Part shown: positions 49,105 to 64,000 of the stretch, one piece after another
Layout of the letters: the number at the start of each line of letters is the position of its first letter
Numbering within the stretch: the stretch's first letter is position 1
Assembly (NCBI GenBank): GCA_002269645.1
Contig: NIVC01002833.1
Span: 31,539 to 95,538 of the forward strand
Reading direction: 5' to 3'
DNA: 64,000 nucleotides
Source: Macrostomum lignano
Lineage: Eukaryota
Notes under the pieces: model-generated
Seen by the model: only the letters and a program-made list of their open reading frames with translations
Told to the model about the DNA's origin: nothing
Databases searched by the model: none
Translations under genes and position numbers: made by a program

Positions 49105-52100
49105 AAGCAGTGCCATTAGGAGTGCCATTAGGAGTGCCATTAGGAGTGCCATTAGGAGTGCCATTAGGAGTGCCATTAGGAGTGCCATTAGGAGTGCCAT
49201 TAAGAGTGCCATTAGGAGTGCCATAAGGAGTGCCATTAGGAGTTCCATTAGGAGTGCCATTAGGAGTGCCATTAGGAGTGCCATAAGGAGTGCCATTAGG
49301 AGTGCCAGGAGGAGTGCCATTAGAAGTGCCATTAGAAGTGCCATTAGGAGTGCCATTAGGAGTGCCATTAGGAGTGCCATTAGGAGTGCCATTAGGAGTG
49401 CCATTAGGAGTGCCATTAGGAGTTCCATTAGGAGTGCCATTAGGAGTGCCGTTAGGAGTGCCATTAGGAGTGCCATTAGGAGTGCCATTAGGAGTGCCAT
49501 TAGGAGTGCCATTAAAAGTGCCATTAGGAGTGCCATTAGGAGTGCCAGGAGGAGTGCCATTAGAAGTGCCATTAGAAGTGCCATTAGGAGTGCCATTAGG
49601 AGTGCCATTAGGAGTGCCATTAGGAGTGCCATTAGGAGTGCCATTAGGAGTGCCATTAGGAGTGCCATTAGGAGTGCCATTAGGAGTGCCATTAGGAGTG
49701 CCATTAGGAGTGCCATTAGGAGTGCCATTAGGAGTGCCATTAGGAGTGCCATTAGGAGTGCCATTAGGAGTGCCAGGAGGAGTGCCATTAGAAGTGCCAT
49801 TAGAAGTGCCATTAGGAGTGCCATTAGGAGTGCCATTAGGAGTGCCATTAGGAGTGCCATTAGGAGTGCCATTAGGAGTGCCATTAGGAGTTCCATTAGG
49901 AGTGCCATTAGGAGTGCCAGGAGGAGTGCCATTAGAAGTGCCATTAGGAGTGCCAGGAGGAGTGCCATTAGAAGTGCCATTAGAAGTGCCATTAGGAGTG
50001 CCATTAGGAGTGCCATAAGGAGTGCCATTAGGAGTGCCAGGAGGAGTGCCATTAGAAGTGCCATTAGAAGTGCCATTAGGAGTGCCATTAGGAGTGCCAT
50101 TAGGAGTGCCATTAGGAGTGCCATTAGGAGTGCCATTAGGAGTGCCATTAGGAGTGCCATTAGGAGTGCCAGGAGGAGTGCCATTAGAAGTGCCATTAGA
50201 AGTGCCATTAGGAGTGCCATTAGGAGTGCCATTAGGAGTGCCATTAGGAGTGCCATTAGGAGTGCCATTAGGAGTGACATTAGGAGTTCCATTAGGAGTG
50301 CCATTAGGAGTGCCATTAGGAGTGCCATTAGGAGTGCCATTAGGAGTGCCAGGAGGAGTGCCATTAGAAGTGCCATTAGAAGTGCCATTAGGAGTGCCAT
50401 TAGGAGTGCCATAAGGAGTGCCATTAGGAGTGCCAGGAGGAGTGCCATTAGAAGTGCCATTAGAAGTGCCATTAGGAGTGCCATTAGGAGTGCCATTAGG
50501 AGTGCCATTAGGAGTGCCATTAGGAGTGCCATTAGGAGTGCCATTAGGAGTGCCATTAGGAGTGCCATTAGGAGTGCCATTAGGAGTGCCATTAGGAGTG
50601 CCATAAGGAGTGCCATTAGGAGTGCCATTAGGAGTGGCATTAGGAGTGCCATTAGGAGTGCCATTAGGAGTGCCATTAGGAGTGCCATTAGGAGTGCCAT
50701 TAGGAGTGGCATTAGGAGTGCCATTAGGAGTGCCATTAGGAGTGCCATTAGGAGTGCCATTAGGAGTGCCAGGAGGAGTGCCATTAGAAGTGCCATTAGA
50801 AGTGCCATTAGGAGTGCCATTAGGAGTGCCATTAGGAGTGCCATTAGGAGTGCCATTAGGAGTGCCAGGAGGAGTGCCATTAGAAGTGCCATTAGAAGTG
50901 CCATTAGAAGTGCCATTAGGAGTGCCATTAGGAGTGCCATTAGGAGTGCCATAAGGAGTGCCATTAGGAGTGCCATTAGGAGTGGCATTAGGAGTGCCAT
51001 TAGGAGTGCCATTAGGAGTGCCAGGAGGAGTGCCATTAGGAGTGCCATTAGGAGTGCCATTAGGAGTGCCATTAGGAGTTCCATTAGGAGTGCCATTAGG
51101 AGTGCCATAAGGAGTGCCATTAGGAGTGCCATTAGGAGTGCCAGGAGGAGTGCCATTAGAAGTGCCATTAGAAGTGCCATTAGAAGTGCCATTAGGAGTG
51201 CCATTAGGAGTGCCATAAGGAGTGCCATTAGGAGTGCCATTAGGAGTGGCATTAGGAGTGCCATTAGGAGTGCCATTAGGAGTGCCAGGAGGAGTGCCAT
51301 TAGGAGTGCCATTAGGAGTGCCATTAGGAGTGCCATTAGGAGTTCCATTAGGAGTGCCATTAGGAGTGCCATTAGGAGTGCCATTAGGAGTGCCATTAGG
51401 AGTGCCAGGAGGAGTGCCATTAGAAGTGCCATTAGAAGTGCCATTAGGAGTGCCATTAGGAGTGCCATAAGGAGTGCCATTAGGAGTGCCAGGAGGAGTG
51501 CCATTAGAAGTGCCATTAGAAGTGCCATTAGGAGTGCCATTAGGAGTGCCATTAGGAGTGCCATTAGGAGTGCCATTAGGAGTGCCATTAGGAGTGCCAT
51601 TAGGAGTGCCATTAGGAGTGCCATAAGGAGTGCCATTAGGAGTGCCATTAGGAGTGGCATTAGGAGTGCCATTAGGAGTGCCATTAGGAGTGCCAGGAGG
51701 AGTGCCATTAGGAGTGCCATTAGGAGTGCCATTAGGAGTGCCATTAGGAGTGCCATTAGGAGTGCCAGGAGGAGTGCCATTAGAAGTGCCATTAGAAGTG
51801 CCATTAGGAGTGCCATTAGGAGTGCCATTAGGAGTGCCATTAGGAGTGCCATTAGGAGTGCCAGGAGAAGTGCCATTAGGAGTGCCAGGAGGAGTGCCAG
51901 GAGGAGTGCCATTAGGAGTGCCATTAGGAGTGTCAGGAGGAGTGCCATTAGGAGTGCCATTAGGAGTGCCAGGAGGAGTGCCATTAGGAGTGCCAGGAGG
52001 AGTGCCAGGAGGAGTGCCATTAGTAGTTCCAGGAGTAGTGCCATTAGGAGTGCCATTAGGAGTGCCATTAGGAGTGCCATTAGGAGTGCCAGGAGAAGTG

Positions 52101-53860
52101 CCATTAGGAGTGCCATTAGGAGTGCCATTAGGAGTGCCATTAGGAGTGCCATTAGGAGTTCCATTAGGAGTGCCATTAGGAGTGCCATTAGGAGTGCCAT
52201 TAGGAGTGCCATTAGGAGTGCCAGGAGGAGTGCCATTAGAAGTGCCATTAGAAGTGCCATTAGGAGTGCCATTAGGAGTGCCATAAGGAGTGCCATTAGG
52301 AGTGCCAGGAGGAGTGCCATTAGAAGTGCCATTAGAAGTGCCATTAGAAGTGCCATTAGGAGTGCCATTAGGAGTGCCATTAGGAGTGCCATAAGGAGTG
52401 CCATTAGGAGTGCCATTAGGAGTGGCATTAGGAGTGCCATTAGGAGTGCCATTAGGAGTGCCAGGAGGAGTGCCATTAGGAGTGCCATTAGGAGTGCCAT
52501 TAGGAGTGCCATTAGGAGTTCCATTAGGAGTGCCATTAGGAGTGCCATTAGGAGTGCCATTAGGAGTGCCATTAGGAGTGCCAGGAGGAGTGCCATTAGA
52601 AGTGCCATTAGAAGTGCCATTAGGAGTGCCATTAGGAGTGCCATTAGGAGTGCCATAAGGAGTGCCATTAGGAGTGCCATTAGGAGTGGCATTAGGAGTG
52701 CCATTAGGAGTGCCATTAGGAGTGCCAGGAGGAGTGCCATTAGGAGTGCCATTAGGAGTGCCATTAGGAGTGCCATTAGGAGTTCCATTAGGAGTGCCAT
52801 TAGGAGTGCCATTAGGAGTGCCATTAGGAGTGCCATTAGGAGTGCCAGGAGGAGTGCCATTAAAAGTGCCATTAGAAGTGCCATTAGGAGTGCCATTAGG
52901 AGTGCCATAAGGAGTGCCATTAGGAGTGCCAGGAGGAGTGCCATTAGAAGTGCCATTAGAAGTGCCATTAGGAGTGCCATTAGGAGTGCCATTAGGAGTG
53001 CCATTAGGAGTGCCATTAGGAGTGCCATTAGGAGTGCCATTAGGAGTGCCATTAGGAGTGCCATTAGGAGTGCCATTAGGAGTGCCATAAGGAGTGCCAT
53101 AAGGAGTGCCATTAGGAGTGCCATTAGGAGTGGCATTAGGAGTGCCATTAGGAGTGCCATTAGGAGTGCCAGGAGGAGTGCCATTAGGAGTGCCAGGAGG
53201 AGTGCCATTAGGAGTGCCATTAGGAGTGCCAGGAGGAGTGCCATTAGGAGTGCCATTAGAAGTGCCATTAGGAGTGCCATTAGGAGTGCCATTAGGAGTG
53301 CCATTAGGAGTGCCATTAGGAGTGCCAGGAGAAGTGCCATTAGGAGTGCCAGGAGGAGTGCCAGGAGGAGTGCCATTAGGAGTGCCATTAGGAGTGTCAG
53401 GAGGAGTGCCATTAGGAGTGCCATTAGGAGTGCCAGGAGGAGTGCCATTAGGAGTGCCAGGAGGAGTGCCAGGAGGAGTGCCATTAGTAGTTCCAGGAGT
53501 AGTGCCATTAGGAGTGCCATTAGGAGTGCCATTAGGAGTGCCATTAGGAGTGCCAGGAGAAGTGCCATTAGGAGTGCCAGGAGGAGTGCCATTAGGAGTG
53601 CCATTAGTAGTTCCAGGAGTAGTGCCATTAGGAGTGCCATTAGGAGTGCCATTAGGAGTGCCATTAGGAGTGCCAGGAGAAGTGCCATTAGGAGTGCCAG
53701 GAGGAGTGCCAGGAGGAGTGCCATTAGGAGTGCCAGGAGAAGTGCCATTAGGAGTGCCAGGAGGAGTGCCAGGAGGAGTGCCAGGAGGAGTGCCAGGAGG
53801 AGTGCCAGGAGGAGTGCCAGGAGGAGTGCCATTAGGAGTGCCATTAAGAGTGCCATTTAG
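49105..53860. repeat. AGGAGTGCCATT 12-mer satellite, ~4.75 kb (~395 units), with higher-order structure
   Basis: Visible directly; explains the three ~1600-aa ORFs. Confidence 0.98.
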
Positions 53861-54567
53861 AAGGGTGCGAGAAGAAGGAGTACCATACACTGGAAAGCAG
53901 GTTAGACAACAAAGAACGCCAAGAAGAAGAGGTCAGCCAACCCAAATCAGTGGCCCCATCAATAGCGCCGAAGGACGCCTGCAGCAATCAACCTTTATTT
54001 TAGAGAACAAAATAAAGAACTCTTGTACAATGCCAGAGCACCAAATTCAACAGTAGAACCTAATACAACTCTATAACGGACTGAGTTTATTTAGCTAAGA
54101 CTGAGACAGAGGGACCATACTATTGAGAAGAACTGATGATGAGGCGCAGCAGCTGGCAGAGAGAGAGAATAAGCATCCAAGAGACAGCGCAATTGTTCAA
54201 GCTTGGTCACCTGTTGTGATTTAAAATTCAGGCTCACACAGGCCATATACTGGTCTGCCCTAGGATTGATCAAACTTTCATGAGGCTGAGGAGGCGCGCA
54301 GGTGGGGGCGACCTCTTCATCAGATAGATAAAGACGGTAGAGAGTGCTCTATAGGAGTCTGCGGGGACTCAACATCAGCGCCTGCAGGAGGCATTGAGAA
54401 CATCGTAAAAATTGTTGATTGCTACACACTGCCGGGCCTGTATTCCAATGGGCCTGTCCATTCTATTGGGAATGGCCTTCGTCTTGTGTAGTGTTGAATG
54501 GGAATTGTTGCTTAAATCAGAGTCTTGGTGTGCAGTTCAAGTGCGTATGGGCCAAGGGTTCCCCAAT

Positions 54568-55730
54568 AGAGCCATGGCATCTCAGCAACTCCCCTTTTGA
54601 GCCATGGCATCTCAGCAACTCCCCCTTTGAGCCATGGCATCTCAGCAACTCCCCCTTTGAGCCATGGCATCTCAGTAACTCCCCTTTGAGCCATGGCATC
54701 TCAGCAACTCCCCCTTTGAGCCATGGCATCTCAGCAACTCCCCCTTTGAGCCATGGCATCTCAGCAACTCCCCCTTTGAGCCATGGCATCTCAGCAACTC
54801 CCCCTTTGAGCCATGGCATCTCAGCAACTCCCCCTTTTGAGCCATGGCATCTCAGCAACTCCCCCATTGAGACATGGCATCTCAGCAACTCCCCCTTTGA
54901 GCCATGGCATCTCAGCAACTCCACCTTTTGAGCCATGGCATCTCAGCAACTCCCCCTTTGAGCCATGGCATCTCAGCAACTCCACCTTTTGAGCCATGGC
55001 ATCTCAGCAACTCCACCTTTTGAGCCATGGCATCTCAGCAACTCCCCCATTGAGCCATGGCATCTCAGCAACTCCCCTTTGAGCCATGGCATCTCAGCAA
55101 CTCCCCCATTGAGACATGGCATCTCAGCAACTCCCCCATTGAGCCATGGCATCTCAGCAACTCCCCCTTTTTAGCCATGGCATCTCAGCAACTCCCCCAT
55201 TGAGCCATGGCATCTCAGCAACTCCCCCTTTGAGCCATGGCATCTCAGCAACTCCCCCATTGAGACATGGCATCTCAGCAACTCCCCCATTGAGCCATGG
55301 CATCTCAGCAACTCCCCCATTGAGACATGGCATCTCAGCAACTCCCCCTTTGAGCCATGGCATCTCAGCAACTCCACCTTTTGAGCCATGGCATCTCAGC
55401 AACCCCCCCATTGAGACATGGCATCTCAGCAACTCCCCCTTTGAGCCATGGCATCTCAGCAACTCCCCCATTGAGACATGGCATCTCAGCAACTCCCCCT
55501 TTGAGCCATGGCATCTCAGCAACTCCCCCTTTGAGCCATGGCATCTCAGCAATTCCCCCTTTGAGCCATGGCATCTCAGCAACTCCCCCTTTGAGCCATG
55601 GCATCTCAGCAATTCCCCCTTTGAGCCATGGCATCTCAGCAACTCTTAATCTTTGACTCATGGCATCTCAGCAACTCCCCCTTTGAGCCATGGCATCTCA
55701 TGCAGCAACTCCCCCATTGAGACATGGCAT
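54568..55730. repeat. 29/30-mer array GAGCCATGGCATCTCAGCAACTCCCCCTTT, about 40 units
   Basis: Visible directly. Confidence 0.95.
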
Positions 55731-56135
55731 CGTTACTTACACAGCTAGCTAGCATGTAAATCTTTCTAGAGCACATTAGGAACGTTTTAAAGGACTAAGC
55801 TTTTGTTGCAAGCACATCAGCTTATCTAATCCAATTTACTAGGATGAACCACAAGCAAAATTACCTACAAGTTGTTGCAGACTGTTCTACATGTTGCTTG
55901 ACTTGGCAGTGATTTGATTTTGTTTGACAATCAAATTTCCGCATTTCTGCTATGCGGAGGACTTTGCGAACTCAGGAAGGTGGAAATTTTCTGGTCACTG
56001 CGCCAAGTCAATAATCAGCTAATGGGGCTGCTTGCGTCCTGAGCTGGGCGACTCTGCTGGCCTGCATGGCAGCTTTGCTCGGACTGAATGAGCTGATGGC
56101 GAGCTGTGCAGCTGGCCTGACATGAGCTGGCTTCC

Positions 56136-57760
<1,625 letters not shown>

Positions 57761-59189
57761 TTAGGCCATGCAGAACTAAGAAACTGAGACAGAAGTATGG
57801 ACGAAGCTAATTTCATTTTTTATTAAAATCCATTTTATTGGGAAAAAACTTCATACTAAACTTAATTTAGCCAGCCAATTTCCACAGGAAACTCGCCGAC
57901 AGACTTGATGACTCATTGACTGACTTCAATAACCGTCACTAATAATTATTATCGGAGAATGAGATGAGATATGAATCTGCCTTCAATATGCAATCGCAGC
58001 CTCCATCGAGCCTGCAGGTCCAGCGGCTTCATCTGGTTCCATCCATTGTCCGAGCGGGTCCGTGCAGCTTCTCTCAAGCAAGAAAAAAATCAGCGAGTGA
58101 AACAATGGCTCGGGGGACAATGGGAGTTCCAGACTCTGAGCTGCTCATTGTTTGATTATGATGAAGCTGGTCCGCTGGTGCCCAGCCTGCAGTATTTAAC
58201 CAAACGAGATTTTGGGACGCAGAAACTGATGAAGCTAATTCCTGAGGCTGGACAACAAATCTATATTCCAGCCGGAAGTCGGGATGGGGGGCATTACGGC
58301 CTCCATATAATATTTTTCCCAGGGTCATGAGAAATTCCTGGCGACTGCAGCAGCCTCATCAATTCACCAATTAATCCCGCCGGTGCATTATCTTATTAGC
58401 GCTGGATGGGGAGTGGAGGCTGGGGGCCGACTCTGGCAACAATCCCCTGCAGCAATCACAGCTCAGGTTGATCATCACCCCCCACCCCGCATGCGGTGCT
58501 CCACTTTCTGGTGCTCATTTCTACAAGTTTTCTCTCTCAGTCAGTCTGCCTGCCTGGCTGCCCCCAGCTCAGACCGGGAGAGCATCAGTCATTTTATGAG
58601 TTCAGAGAATCTCAGCGATTCCCCCCCCACACACACAAAATTCGCTCACTCGCTAGCTGGGCCCTCCCCTCCTCCATCTCTGTCTCTCTGTCTCCCAACT
58701 CAGTTTCCGGCCAAGAGAGGCTGATAGAGTCGGGTGTAGGCGGATGCGGGAGCCCCTAAGCTGCAGTCCGCTCTTTGCTTTCAATGCCATCATAGTCATC
58801 ATGCAGGTAGGGCCAGGCCGGGGTCCAGCTGAGGGCAAAAAATCCCTTAACTGTGACAGGCGAGTGAGGAGAATTAGCGGTGATTTTTTGTGTTGTTGGG
58901 AAAGCAATAAACAGTTCTGGCCTGCAGCTCTGCCTGTGTGGCCTGTGGGATTCTGGCGGTGAAGCCCGTGCCAGCCATGGGGGCGGGAGAGAGGCAAACA
59001 CACCGGGAGCACAGCCGAGCTGCCTTCTGCTGGAACTTTGCTTTAATTTTGCTAATGCAAGTTTTCAGCCAACACGGAGCTGTGGCGGCGGGGGGGGGTG
59101 AGGCGGAACTGGCAGATAGCAAAATATTGGTGGGAGCGAGGCTGGACTGGCGTGGGTGTGGGGGCGAATTACAGGAAAGGAGGAAAGTA

Positions 59190-59595
59190 ATTACAGACGG
59201 AGATAAACGGGGAAATTATGGACAGAGCAGTAATGAGAATTACAGACAGCAATAATAGGAATTACAGACAGCAATGATGGGGAATTACAGACAGCAACGA
59301 TGGTGAATTACAGATAGCAATAATTTGGAATTACAGACAGCAATAATGGGGAATTACAGACAGCAATGATGGTGAATTATAGACAGCAATAATGGAGAAT
59401 TACAGACAGCAATAATGGGAATTACAGACAGCATTAATTAGGGAATTACAGACAGCAATAATTGGGGAATTACAGACAGCAATGATGGTGAATTACAGAC
59501 AGCAATGATGGGGAATTACAGACAGCAATAATGGGGAATTACAGGCAGTAATAATGGGGAATTACAGACAGCAATAATGAGGAATTACAGACAGC
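59190..59595. repeat. ~22-mer array GGGGAATTACAGACAGCAAT(A/G)AT
   Basis: Visible directly; about 17 units. Confidence 0.9.
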
Positions 59596-62471
59596 TGCAC
59601 AAACTTCATACAGAGATGTGCAACTGCTGACACAAAGGTGAACGACAGAATGAAAACTCGGATGCGACTGCCACACCATGCGAGCGGGTTTTTTCCCTTC
59701 GAAACCATATAATTAACTTAATGCACAATAATCATGAATATTATTCAAGCTCCCCAGGTGTCTAAGAATTTTTTTGCCTATGATAAATTTCTCAGAAGCA
59801 CAGCACTTAACTTCCCTGGCAACAGGACAGAGCAGCACTCGCTGTGGATCCTGCTGGGACCACTCTGGAGGCTTCATCCCAAGTCGCAGTCTCCAGCACA
59901 AGTTCTCGAACTCGCGGCAGTGCTCACTTGAGTGCCTTCTAAAGTTTTTTCTTCTTTCGTTTCCACTTGCCACGCGAGGTGTGAAATTTGCGCGGCCACT
60001 TTGCACCAAAATTCTTCAAAAGAGTTTTCAAACGCCAATCAGGCCCAGTCCATCTGGGACTCTATTCCATTTTAAGTGGTCAGTTTTTCGGTCAATTTGA
60101 ATTTTCGAATTATTTCGCACGATAAGAGAGAGAGAAAATGAATTATGAGGAATTATTATTATTATAGTATCTGGGCAATCTGACACACCGGGGGGTCCCA
60201 CGTGGTCACCAGGCCCCTCGAGGAGTTCTTTCTGTCATTCTTTTACGGTGAAAAATCTACTATCAAGCTGTTACTATTAATTTAAAGAAATGTAAAAGGC
60301 AAATGTTTGTTTAATTAGGAGGATGCAAAATGCATTGGGCGAGATGGAAGTTGGATAGGCGCTTAAGTTTGGTCTCAGAAGCCCAGAGTGAGAGACACTG
60401 CAAATTTAGTGCTATAGAAAAAGCTGGTGCAAAAAATCAGAAAAAGCAGAAGACTGAAAGCAACACGGACACAGGCCAGTCTTAAGTCATCAGCAACATG
60501 AGGAAGCCGCGCCTACTCTACAGGGCTATATGCATTGTGCGTCCCGCATTATCGCTTCCATCGGCGCACCAGAGGAGCTGCACTTCCTGCCTCCTTGATC
60601 CCTTCAAAAATTGTTGTGAGCGAGTGCGGCTCACAGCCCGCAGGGGCAATCGGGGATGGGGGGGGAGTTGAGCATCGCGGGGCCATTCAGCGGCACGCCT
60701 GGAAGAGAGCGCGAACTGGCCCAGTTTTTTTCTTTCTTTACCCTCCTCCCTCCCTCCTGTTCGCGTCAAGCAAAGAAGAATAGGCCTGGAACAGGGGGGA
60801 ACCCGTGTTGAATTGCCGAGAGACCGGGCAGCCCAAGGCTCAAGAATCGCTTCAGTTAATTCGGTTTATAGTCATGCCAGTCGGGACCGGCTGCAGCACA
60901 AGTGCTCAACATGCTCCGGAGGGTTTATTGAGGAATAAAAGAGGAAGGGGGTGGCAACCGGAAGGTGGCTTGTCCTGGAGGGGTGCCGGTGCCTCTCCGG
61001 CGGGATATTCAGGGGAACGCGCTGAGGACAAGAGCGGGCGGGAGGGGTTGGGTCCGTGGTTCCGGATGCTGCAAGACCTGAAGGGTCCAAATCCTGGGAA
61101 GTTGAAAGGGGGTTAGAGAGGAGCAGGAAGTGGGTGGCTGCGGCCAGAGCTACAAGTTGACGCAGCCAGTAGGGCTCTGTGATGGATTCAATTGACGGCG
61201 GAGCTGCAGCAGGTAAAGCATTGCTGAGTGATTAACGGTCCAACACTGAAATAGCTGCAGGGAGAGGCCTGTCCTTGAATTGAAGAGACGGACAGAGCCT
61301 GGCGGGTTGTTCAGCACAACAAGTCTTACACATTGTCAGCACAACCGGTGCGTGCTGTCGCTCTCAGCCTCTCACCAATCGGAAGCATCAACAGCACAGC
61401 CTGCAGCGGTGCGTGATGGCCTACACAGGCCGCGCTCATAGAGAGAGCTCTGATTGTAGGAGCAAGAGGGGAGAGAAGTGGTTTTGGGGAAAAAACTGAC
61501 TACTTCATACAATACTGAGTGTGTGGACTGAAATGCTTATAGCGGCCTGGCTGACAGAATCTGCTGCTTCGAAGGTCGAGACGGTTGAGTTGAGGCGCGT
61601 CAATTCAAACACGATTACTCCATTAAGGGTGTTTCCGGCGCAGGCAAGAGCCTGTCCCTTGCATTGCTGGTCTGCTGCAGTATTTGAGAAGCGAGGGAAG
61701 CGCAGGACAGGCAGGAGTGTTGATAGCCGAGAGATACGGGTGAGCAAGTTGTGTAATTCAATTCGCCCGGGAAAAGCAATTTTTGAGTGGCCATGCAGCT
61801 CTCGGAATCCAAAACCGTCTCTAACCAGGGCGCTGCTCTCTGCCCACTTGTCGTTATTTGCTTCTATTTTATTGCTTGAGCTGTGCCAGAATTCACAATA
61901 ATGCTGCTCCGATCAAACTGTCAGACAAATGAATGGCGAATCCCTGGCAATGTCTGGTGAATTTAAAATAAAGCAATTAAGTCACAGGACATAAAAACCG
62001 CAGAAATCGAATTCATGTTAAAGTTTCCACTTTTCAAAATGTATTTGTACTTTTTTGATGGGATAATGAAGCTTTGATTGTATAACATGACATTAATATT
62101 GTAAGAGAGTAGATGAAGTTTGTAAACCGCGTTTCTTTTCGGCTGTATCCGAGCTAGCATGAAATATCATAAGCAACAATAAGCTATTACTACTCAATTG
62201 CGCTACTAACAGTAAGATAGAAAGCACATTGAGAATGACATTTTTGAAGTGTAAATATTTTTAATGATTTTTATTGAATGTTCCGTCAGGTAATTTTTTT
62301 TCATCACTAAACATCAGATTTAATCAAATAAATACATGAAACTTTTACAATAGTATACAGTCGAAATTTAAAAGCATGTTTTCGTTTTCCACCACTTCCC
62401 TCCGTTTTCCTTACCTCAACCTCCGCTCTTTATTCGAAATCACTAAAATGCAACGCGTAACAATTAAATTT

Positions 62472-62588
62472 CCCCGCCCGCGAGCCATTTCTACCAAGTC
62501 ACATGAAATCCTGATTTTCCCACTCCTTAGCCGCGGGCACCCACCCTTTTTAGTAGCCAATCATGGTACGACTAGGCAGGTGACGTCA
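62472..62588. promoter_or_regulatory. Promoter-like motif cluster (GC box, CCAAT box, CRE)
   Basis: CCCCGCCC at 62472-62479, AGCCAATCA at 62555-62563, and TGACGTCA at 62581-62588 overlapping CAGGTG. It lies in a GC/CpG-richer island after an AT-rich tract. Confidence 0.35.
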
Positions 62589-64000
62589 TTCGGTTGCTTG
62601 GAGACGCCGATCAAGGCACTTCAAGGTCGAGCGCATGGGACGTATCTCGTCGACTCGTGGGACACTTCGCTTCGGCCCTTGCCGCTCTCTGCGGCACCCA
62701 TGCACGCTTGATGATTTATCAAGATGATTTATACAACCACCGTCCGTCTCTTCAATAAAAAAGAGTAAAAACAGACGCAGTTTTGCGGGTTTAGAGCAAG
62801 TGGTGCCATCTGTTGAAAATGCTGACGGCGCGTGTGATGACGGAATGCTTGAGAGATAGCTGAGGATTTCCAGCAGTTATAGGTTTGCCCACCGTCGAGG
62901 CCTGATCAGCGAAACTAGAGAAATTCGCAACAGGTGTCTATAGTTGCACTTGGTGCGGGTATGGCCATTGGTCTACATGTACAAGTAAGTAGTCCTCCAT
63001 GCACCAGCCGACGCAACTATTGAAGAAAGTCTGGTGGGACTTTCCGACCGGCGATAAGCAAATGGTATTACCGTACTAGTTTTAAAATCTCTAAACCACT
63101 CCAAGTCCTAGTAGGTTTGTCAGAGACTAAAACTTATTATTCGTATCGCAATTATATTAGTTTTAGGGCCTGGCGGCTAGGGCCTTTTCTGCGCTAAGAT
63201 TTTCTGCGCCAGAGTCTGGATTCAGTGCGCTCTAAAGGATCGCACAATCAAGTTACACCCTGTATATCCCACAATACTAAAAACGGTTTGTCCGTATCTA
63301 TTTCTTTGTGAGATTGATTTCAGAAAAATTATCATTTAAATTTCTACTTCTAGGAAAGCAGTCTACACGATAATTTCGAATCGACTTTAAAAGAAAAAAC
63401 AAAACTTAAAGCTTGTGTCATTTATTTAAGTGTTTCAACACTTCTAAGGGTATAAGACAGCAAAAATTAAAAATATTTCTGATCTTCATAGGAGTACCAA
63501 ACGGATATGATAAGCTTTCTTGCTCTTTTTTCTTGGATTTTTTACGTGTATCTCAGCAATTTATATTTGAAACTGTAACTGTCTTATCTCGATTAATTGT
63601 TTTGACGAAAGGGACTACGTTTAATTAATTTTAGGCCTATCTTTCATTCGTTGGATGTAGGCCAAGCCCCTAGTAAATATTATATCGCATGTAGGAAAAT
63701 GTTGAAACTATTTACTTAGAATTTTTTTTGGTGCAATGTGATAGAAAACTGTTGACCTCTCATGCTTATGTAATGTAGATAGTCTAGTATAGGCTAAGAA
63801 TTTTAAAAAAAAATTTCTGTAATACATCGTGTTACGATTGGCTAATGGCTCAGGCTTGCCAGAGTCAAGTTTTTATATTATTCTAATTCTCTGTAATTCT
63901 AAGAATATCCTAATTCTTAATTATCAATAATATCAGTAGTGCAACAATAATTTTTTGAGAGGAGGGGGCATATTCTGGAGGGTAAAGACCTGGGAGGGGG

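Noticed and set aside
49042-53890. Three ~1600-aa ORFs (MALL, NGTP, SAIR repeats), including a mucin-like frame rich in NGT sequons
   Set aside because: All come from one 12-bp unit that lacks stops in several frames. There is no signal peptide, no splice context and no third-position-biased variation.
54568-55730. GCCATGGCA core of the 29/30-mer as an X-box array; also whether any regular array is CRISPR-like
   Set aside because: It lacks the GTT...AAC arms of an X-box. All arrays are head-to-tail with no unique spacers, and no cas genes are present in this eukaryotic context.
62927-62936. GCAACAGGTG Scratch-type binding site (also at 11973-11982, and a near match at 54208)
   Set aside because: These are isolated 10-mers, one inside an exon. 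There is no clustering near scratch, so autoregulation is not supported.
63250-63265. TA-CAGGGTG (minus strand), like a Tc1/mariner terminal repeat end
   Set aside because: No matching partner TIR or transposase remnant found by eye.

Overview
Eukaryotic (animal) genomic DNA with GT-AG introns, GC-rich exons and very dense micro/minisatellite arrays. The style resembles the flatworm Macrostomum, but that is inference only. I hand-built three complete multi-exon gene models with consistent splice phases. (1) An adhesion GPCR on + (2188-12207; signal peptide, GAIN/GPS, 7TM). (2) A secreted or GPI-type CAP/SCP-EGF-EGF protein on - (20942-16547). (3) A Scratch-family zinc-finger repressor on - (46911-43146). 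A partial unknown gene lies at the left edge. There is also a tRNA-derived SINE with a 14-bp TSD, a Penelope-type minimal hammerhead-like motif, and about 40 tandem arrays. Nearly all long ORFs in the supplied track are repeat artefacts. The most interesting signal is how the arrays relate to the genes. Nearly every intron is a small unique core plus its own array. One array family sits inverted on both sides of the CAP exon. One array is built from splice-signal-like units. One is 73 perfect E-box-containing units inside scratch. RFX X-boxes lie at the probable CAP promoter. No prokaryotic systems, CRISPR arrays, rRNA or genuine tRNA genes were seen. Array boundaries are approximate, read by eye.
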